Source: Rebecca billardiae RCC1528
Taxonomy: Eukaryota; Protista; Haptophyta
NCBI GenBank assembly: GCA_965240325.2
Contig: OZ251228.1
Location: 1,240,001-1,304,000 of the forward strand
Length of the DNA stretch: 64,000 nt
Direction of reading: 5' to 3'
The stretch's first letter is position 1. Every line of letters begins with the position of its first letter. The translations under genes and the position numbers were made by a program. Positions 58,380 through 64,000 of this stretch are shown here, piece by piece. The notes below the pieces were generated by a model, which did no database searches, was not told the origin of the DNA, and saw nothing but the letters and a program-made list of their open reading frames with translations.

Positions 58380-58391
58380 ATATATATATAA
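58298..58391. repeat. (TA)n/(TATG)n microsatellite directly 3' of the transposase stop
   Basis: Direct inspection. Confidence 0.95.
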
Positions 58392-59794
58392 TCACGGTGC
58401 GGGGAGGACTTGGTTGTGCAAGTACTCGTGGATGCTGGGCATCGTGTGCATCAAGTCGTACTTGACAGCCACGTTATTGCCATACTTGAGCGTCCTCACG
58501 TTGGAGAGCAACGCTGCCGCCCAGTACACCTTGCCGTACGGGACGCCTCTGCCTAGCTTCTGCACCTTCCAGTTGTCAACGTACGGCCAGTCACGGACGA
58601 TCACGCCGTACATGTTCTCCGCGACCTGGCGGTGCGTGTTCATCGCAGTGTTGTACATCCGCTTGACTGCTGACATGGCGCCCTTGTACCCTCGCTTGCA
58701 GTGCCTGCGCGCGTTGCGAGCGTGCGTCCAGAGTGGGGAAGTGTCAGGCGTGCGCTGGTGATGCGAAGCGCGCTGTGCGCGCAGGCGCACCTGCCGTAGG
58801 CGTATGCCGAGTCGCCGTACACGGCGACATTCCAACCCAACACCGCGCTCAGCGCAGCCAGCCTGCCGTCCAAGCCCGACTCGCCGTACATGAACGCGTC
58901 CGAGTTGCGGATAGAGATTGGGCCCCAGAAGTCGATGATCAGGCCGAGAACGCACCCCACACCTTGCTGCGTGCGTCAGGGGCAGGATGCCATGCGATCA
59001 GCATAGCGTGGCGCGCGGCGCGCGCGGGGCGCAAGCACGTGCAGCTCTGCGCGCGCGCGGCGCGCGCGCGGCGTGTGTTTGCACACGCAGGCACGCACGT
59101 ATTTGAGCCCATGAAACTTGTAGTAGTTGTTGTACATCAAGTCCTCCATCCAGAGTGGCTTGCACCATCGCCGCGCGGTGCCATCGACGAAGCCAACGAC
59201 GTCAGCTTCAGGCGCACCGTGTGCGCGGATAAGATCAGCCCAACTGCGCAGGTGATAGGCCCACCGTGTCAGATCCTTGAGGCACCATGAGAAGTGGTCG
59301 TACAAGAGGTGGATCATCCGCCAGAACACTCGGTTGTATGACGGCACCGAGCGTCCACCGAGCTTGTCCACGAGCAGCTCCCACGGGTCGTACGCACGCA
59401 TGCGGTACAGGAGGACCACCGTCGCCTCGAGCAGAGAGAACTTCTCGCGGCGGTCTGTCACGAGGTAGTCTGGAACGCTTGGGTGCGCGCGGAACGCCTC
59501 CACGAGCTCGCATACCTCGTGCACCTTGAACCGAGTCATCGCGTACATCTGGTTGTCGGTGTACGTGTCGATGGTCCACGGCGGCTGAAGCGCGCGGAGG
59601 GGGTTGCCCCAGGGGTTGGACTGGTCGCGATCCGGCGACACGAGCATCGCCCCGACCATAAGGGCGACGCGCAGCCATCGAGCGCGACGTACGGCGTTGT
59701 TCTGCACCTCGCGCTGGCGCATCTTCTTCAGCGCCACCACCATCAGCACTCGCTGCTCCTTGCGATCGGTCGCGGTGTACACGCGAAGCGGCAT
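58392..59794 (-). CDS. DDE_Tnp_4 (HARBI1-like) transposase (exons 59794-59099, 58966-58791, 58704-58392)
   Basis: HTH-like region MTRF...[11 protein letters not shown]; GFVDGT, FHGLKY|[38 protein letters not shown]...PSIHEYL; introns restore the frame and there are no internal stops. Confidence 0.9.
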
Positions 59795-60007
59795 TGCTGC
59801 GGCGGCAGCGGCAGCCGCGTGGCGTGTGCGGCTTTGTTCGAACGGCGCCCGCGCGCCTGACCAACCGTCAACGACAGTGGCCGTAGCAGTAACAGTAAGT
59901 CCTCGGATTGCCCAAGCGCGTTCTACACTCCGCGACACTCCTTACGTTGAGGCCTACCGATATAGCGTAACCCGTAAGCCTCGGCGGGTTTGCCCAAGCA
60001 CACTACT

Positions 60008-60992
60008 GCCCGAGGATCGCTGGGTGCGCGCCCGCCACGAGGCCGGCTGCGGCTGCAACGGCTCCGGCCAGCTCGGGCTGAGGGACACGGAGGAGCGGCG
60101 GTACTTCGCGCTGATCGATCGCCTACGTGCTGCTTGTGTCGTGGGCATCTCGGCCGGCGCGCGCCACAGCCTCGCGCTCACCGCCGCTGGGTGCGCGTAC
60201 AGCTGGGGCGGCAACAACTGCGGCCAGCTCGGCCACGGCGACACCAAGCAGCGGTGGGAGCCGACGCGCATCGAGGCGCTGGACGGCGTGCGCGTGGGCG
60301 GCGTGGCCGCGGGCGGTGATCACACGCTGCTCCTCTCTGCGCACGGCGCCGTCTACTCGTGCGGCCGTGCCCAGTTTGGCCGTCTCGGCCACGGCGACCA
60401 GGAGGTTCAGCACACGCCGAGGCGCATCGAGGCGCTCGCGGGCGTGCGCGCCGTGCACGTGAGCGCGGGCGCTGCGCACAGCCTGGTGGTGGACAGCGAC
60501 GGGGCGGTGCACTCGTTTGGGTATGGTGCGAATGGCTCGCACGGGCACGCAGACACGCGCGAGCAGCTCACGCCGAGGCGGATCGACTCCCTCGCGGGTG
60601 TGCGCATCGTGCGCGCGTGTGCAGGCTCAGAGAGCAGCGCGGTGCTGGGTGCTGACGGCAGCGTGCACACGTTTGGGGACAACAGCTACGGCCAGCTGGG
60701 GCTGGGGGCTGGAGAGAGTGGGCATGGCGCCCCGTCGCGCGTGGCTGCCCTCGGCCCTTCCTGTGTGGTGCGCTGTGCCATGGGCGACTCCCACTCGCTG
60801 TTTGTGAGTGCGGAAGGCAGCGTGCACGCGTGCGGTGAGCGCTCGGCCGCGCTCGGCCTCGGCATGAGCGTGGCCGAGCAAGACGAGCCCACCCAGCGGA
60901 TTGACACGCCCGCGCGCGTCGAGGCGGCGTGCTCGCGTATGCTGACGCAGCACCCTCTGCCGGCGTCCAACTGCTCCGCGTTGCATCAGTGA
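60008..60992 (+). CDS. RCC1-repeat (beta-propeller) coding segment lacking an obvious start; possible pseudogene or 3' exon
   Basis: About six repeats of ISAG.RHSL.L...G.VYSWG.N..GQLGHG. Confidence 0.75.
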
Positions 60993-61101
60993 TGAGTGTT
61001 GCGATGACGGAGCCGTGATGAGTACGGTCAGCCCGAGCGCAGCGTGAGCTGCCAGACGGAGCAGAGGCTGATGCGCGCGCACGACGATGATTCATTGACA
61101 C

Positions 61102-63150
61102 TACAGTGAACAAAAACGGGATTATCGTTACCGTAACCCGTCGTCCGACACGAGCCGATTTTCGGGGAATTTCTCGCGCGGGCCGCACGAGCGCACAGAC
61201 GACGCTACGGTGGTCGCGCAGGCGCCTGGCGAGTGCCCCGGGCATGGGACTGCAACATCCCACCCAGCCTCCCCATCCCTCCGCCCCTCTCTGCCTCGCC
61301 GGGTTGCACGCGGCTGGCCGGTCACGCCTTCGTGGTGAGCCATTCGTGAGCGTGGAGCCCTGCTGCTCAGTGCGGCGATGCAGCGAGGCGAAGCGGCGCG
61401 TAAGATGGCGCATCTTACTCCGAATGCAGTCTGCTACCAGCACAGCCGCCCTCGCCGGAGTGCCTGGTCGTCACCTTCGTCGTGTGCACGTGTCGCGCGC
61501 TGCCCATCAACGAGCGATCGTAAGCCTTCTCCGGAGCCATTCAAACACGCTCGTCCTCGACGAGGCGTGCGCGAGGCACCGCGCGAGCGCGGGAGCGGCC
61601 CTTCCTAGCGTAGACCTGCACGGCCATCCACCTCGCCACAGCCTGCCATGTCACACTCCTCCCCACACACACTGCTCGCGTGCCGCGTGCCGGCCGGTCG
61701 ACTAGCCAGACAGAAGGGTGCACAGATATTTTCGACTGCGAGGAGACGGCGGCGAGCACAGGCGCGCAGCGCCGTCCCGCGCTTCATTGGGATGTTCTAG
61801 ACCAGTCGCGCGCCCGCGGCACCGCGCCCGCCATCTCCGCGTCGCGTGCCAGTCCACGCCGCGCGCGCCCTCTCGGGCGATGCGAGTCTCGCCATCGACG
61901 GCGATCTTGCGGCTGATTCGTACCCGCATGTATTCAACAAATACGACAAATCGCCGAGCTGAACGCACCTCGTCGCGCGATGGCATGGTCGCGCTGTGTG
62001 ACGTCGCTCACCGCAGGAAATTCGGTACGCGACGAGAGCACGGCGCACGCGCACGGCGCGGCGTGGGAGGCGGGGCGGTGGTGTCCTCGAGCCATCCCGC
62101 CCACGCCGCGGTGCGCCAGCCGCCACCTCGCCGCGCCGTGGCCCATGCCGCGCGGCAGGTGTCGACCAGACCGACCTTGCCGCCCAAAAGAGGGCCGCAC
62201 CGGAAATTCTGTATTTGTTGAATACGGACTTACCCATGTGCCCGCGATGCGGCGGCGCCCGTGGCAGCGGCCTGGCGCGGCGGCGGCGGCGCGGGCAGCC
62301 TGACGGGCCAGATAGGGCGCGCCAGGTCGGGGCGATCGTGATGGGATGGTTCCATACGCATCAGTGCGTGCTCCTGTGCATCTCAAGAGCGCGCTGGGCG
62401 CCCTCTCTCGCGCCTATGCCCATCCCACGCGGTCTGAGAAGCCTCCCGGTTTGGCCATTGTCGTGCCGTGCTCGGTCGTGGCTGCCCGGCGGGTCGGAGA
62501 GGTCGAGGCGAGCCGGGTCGTTCACGACGGACGATGCCTATGGGTCATGGCGAGTGCCAGCACGCAGCTCGGGCGCGCGCCCGGCGCCTCCTCGCCGCGC
62601 TACATCCACACCAAGATCTGGCCCCAAAACGACAGGCTTCAAGAGCGAAACTCAGTCTGGGAGCTCCTCAGGCCGCTGTGTGCGGTTTGAAGGCGTACAA
62701 ACTTGTGGAGCGGGTGCCCACATGGGTTGAGCACAATGCGACGTTGCGTTTTTCCGCGAAACACCACTTCATCGCCTCTCCGCGCGCGTGCCGCGCGGCT
62801 CCCGTGAACTCATCTTAACAGGTCACGTGTGGCCGCCCGTGGGGCGAGGGTGGGCGAGGAGGGGCGGGCGAGGGTGACGCCGCCCCGGGGAACCGCCTTG
62901 GCAAGCCGGCCGACGCCTCGCAGCCCCCCTCGCGACAGTCATGCGCGCACGCCCGCCGCTCGGAGCGCGCCATCGATTCGAATCGGCGTGCGCACGACCG
63001 ACCATGCCCAAACGGCTTCCGGCCCGATCTTTCTCCACTGTGGCGGCGCGAAGTGCCGCGAACGGGGCATGAAAAAAATTCCAGCGCATCCCCACTGGGC
63101 GGAAGTGCGGACGGGTTACGGTAACGCCGAAAATCGATTTCTTTACTGTG
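61102..63150. mobile_element. Possible old non-autonomous TIR element (~2 kb)
   Basis: CGTTACCGTAACCCGTC (61127-61143) is the reverse complement of 63110-63126. Each copy lies the same distance from an ACAGT(G/A)AA terminus-like motif. TSD not clean. Confidence 0.45.
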
Positions 63151-63348
63151 AATAATCTAAAGAGGATGCGCGTGCACGATTTTGGGTTTTTTGGTAGGTG
63201 GATTAATTTAGGTGTGAAGAGCGCATTTGAGAGGATATCGCTGCCAATGCTTGCGTTTGTACTGCCCCTTAATTTTTGGATAGTAAGTATGAGAAGAAAT
63301 CGAAATCAAATATAGGACAAAGGCGTCTGATGCACCTTATTTCTGATA

Positions 63349-63868
63349 CAGGCAATCGCGGGCAATAAGAAGTCAGAGATCTCACGGCTAGCCTCGGTTT
63401 CTTAGCCGTTCGGTAGCCCGAGCGCCTACGGAGTCTCAGTTTCTTAGCTAGGTCCGCCCGCCGCGCAGGCGCGGGGGGCGCAGGGGGGCAGAGCCCCCCG
63501 CTGAGTCTTCATAGGCCCGGCCGGCGAGGCCGACAGAAAATTTTGGGCCTTTTTGGAGCAAATCTGGCGCGCATGATGTTGCATGGATGCTGCGGTGCAC
63601 TGGCCAGGAGTCAGTCATCAGGAGAAGTCGGGACTTGGCCTGTAGTACTGTACTCGTAGTCGGGCCGCGCGCCGCGTCCCCGACGGGCCGACTGCGCCTC
63701 GCCCCTCGGCGGACCACTCGTCAGCCGGGACGACGTAGTCCCGGTTTCTTAGTGTGACTATGCGTATGGCGAACCAGCCAATCGCTAGCCTCAGTTTCTA
63801 GGCCAGATCCGCAGATAGCAAGCCCCAGTTTCTTAACGTGACAGCTCCTTATTGCCCGCGATTGCCTG
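63349..63868. mobile_element. Tc1/mariner-type MITE, 520 bp
   Basis: Perfect 21-bp TIR CAGGCAATCGCGGGCAATAAG, TA flanks on both sides (63347-8, 63869-70), five internal C(A/G)GTTTCT(T)A repeats, no ORF. Confidence 0.85.
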
Positions 63869-64000
63869 TATGGTGGGCCGTAGTTCGTGATTCTCCTGCT
63901 AGTGCTGATATACTTTGGTTCACTGATTCGAAGTCAATGCGGGTGGCAATCCAATTCTTGTATTTCAGACGATGAACAACACAGCCTGAAGAATAATATC

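Larger units (their letters stand above)
55612..60004. mobile_element. PIF/Harbinger-group (PHIS; Pangu-like) DNA transposon, 4393 bp, two convergent genes
   Basis: Perfect 15-bp TIRs AGTGTGCTTGGGCAA (55612-55626) / TTGCCCAAGCACACT (59990-60004); 3-bp TSD ACT (55609-55611, 60005-60007); DDE_Tnp_4-type transposase plus accessory gene. Confidence 0.9.

Noticed and set aside
56398-58395. Long Ala/Arg-rich ORFs, including the 665-aa one
   Set aside because: Translations of the GC minisatellite and TA microsatellite.

Overview
Gene-dense, very GC-rich eukaryotic DNA with short GC-rich GT-AG introns and ciliary genes. This fits a flagellated alga, most plausibly a haptophyte of the Pavlovales type (inferred from composition and gene content only). 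About 22 host genes or gene fragments are recognisable: an RMD1/DUF155 3' exon, ankyrin/F-box proteins, an RBR-like E3 ligase, a JmjC oxygenase, NDUFA6, CC2D2A/MKS6, a lactonase, GT90, GT4, GT47, a sulfotransferase, an FKBP-CS fusion, a SHIPPO-repeat protein, syntaxin-16, a formate/nitrite transporter, a degenerate radical SAM protein, a GSK3-like kinase, an RCC1 fragment and two secreted Pro-rich proteins. Most are arranged as tight head-to-head pairs alternating with tail-to-tail pairs. Mobile DNA comprises a 1.5-kb non-autonomous LTR element (314-bp LTRs identical by eye, 5-bp TSD), an apparently intact two-gene PIF/Harbinger-group DDE transposon (15-bp TIRs, ACT TSD), a 754-bp fold-back palindrome and several MITE-like elements. 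The most interesting candidates are: (1) a spliced gene for a signal peptide-PA domain-7TM-TIR/HET-like receptor that keeps the WCxxE glutamate; (2) a Cys-flanked 'STRR(E)L...RxLLFG' C-terminal module shared by two otherwise unrelated secreted Pro-rich proteins with bacterial-type N-terminal domains; (3) a TatD-associated radical-SAM homologue that has lost CxxxCxxC. All domain calls are by eye, without database searches.
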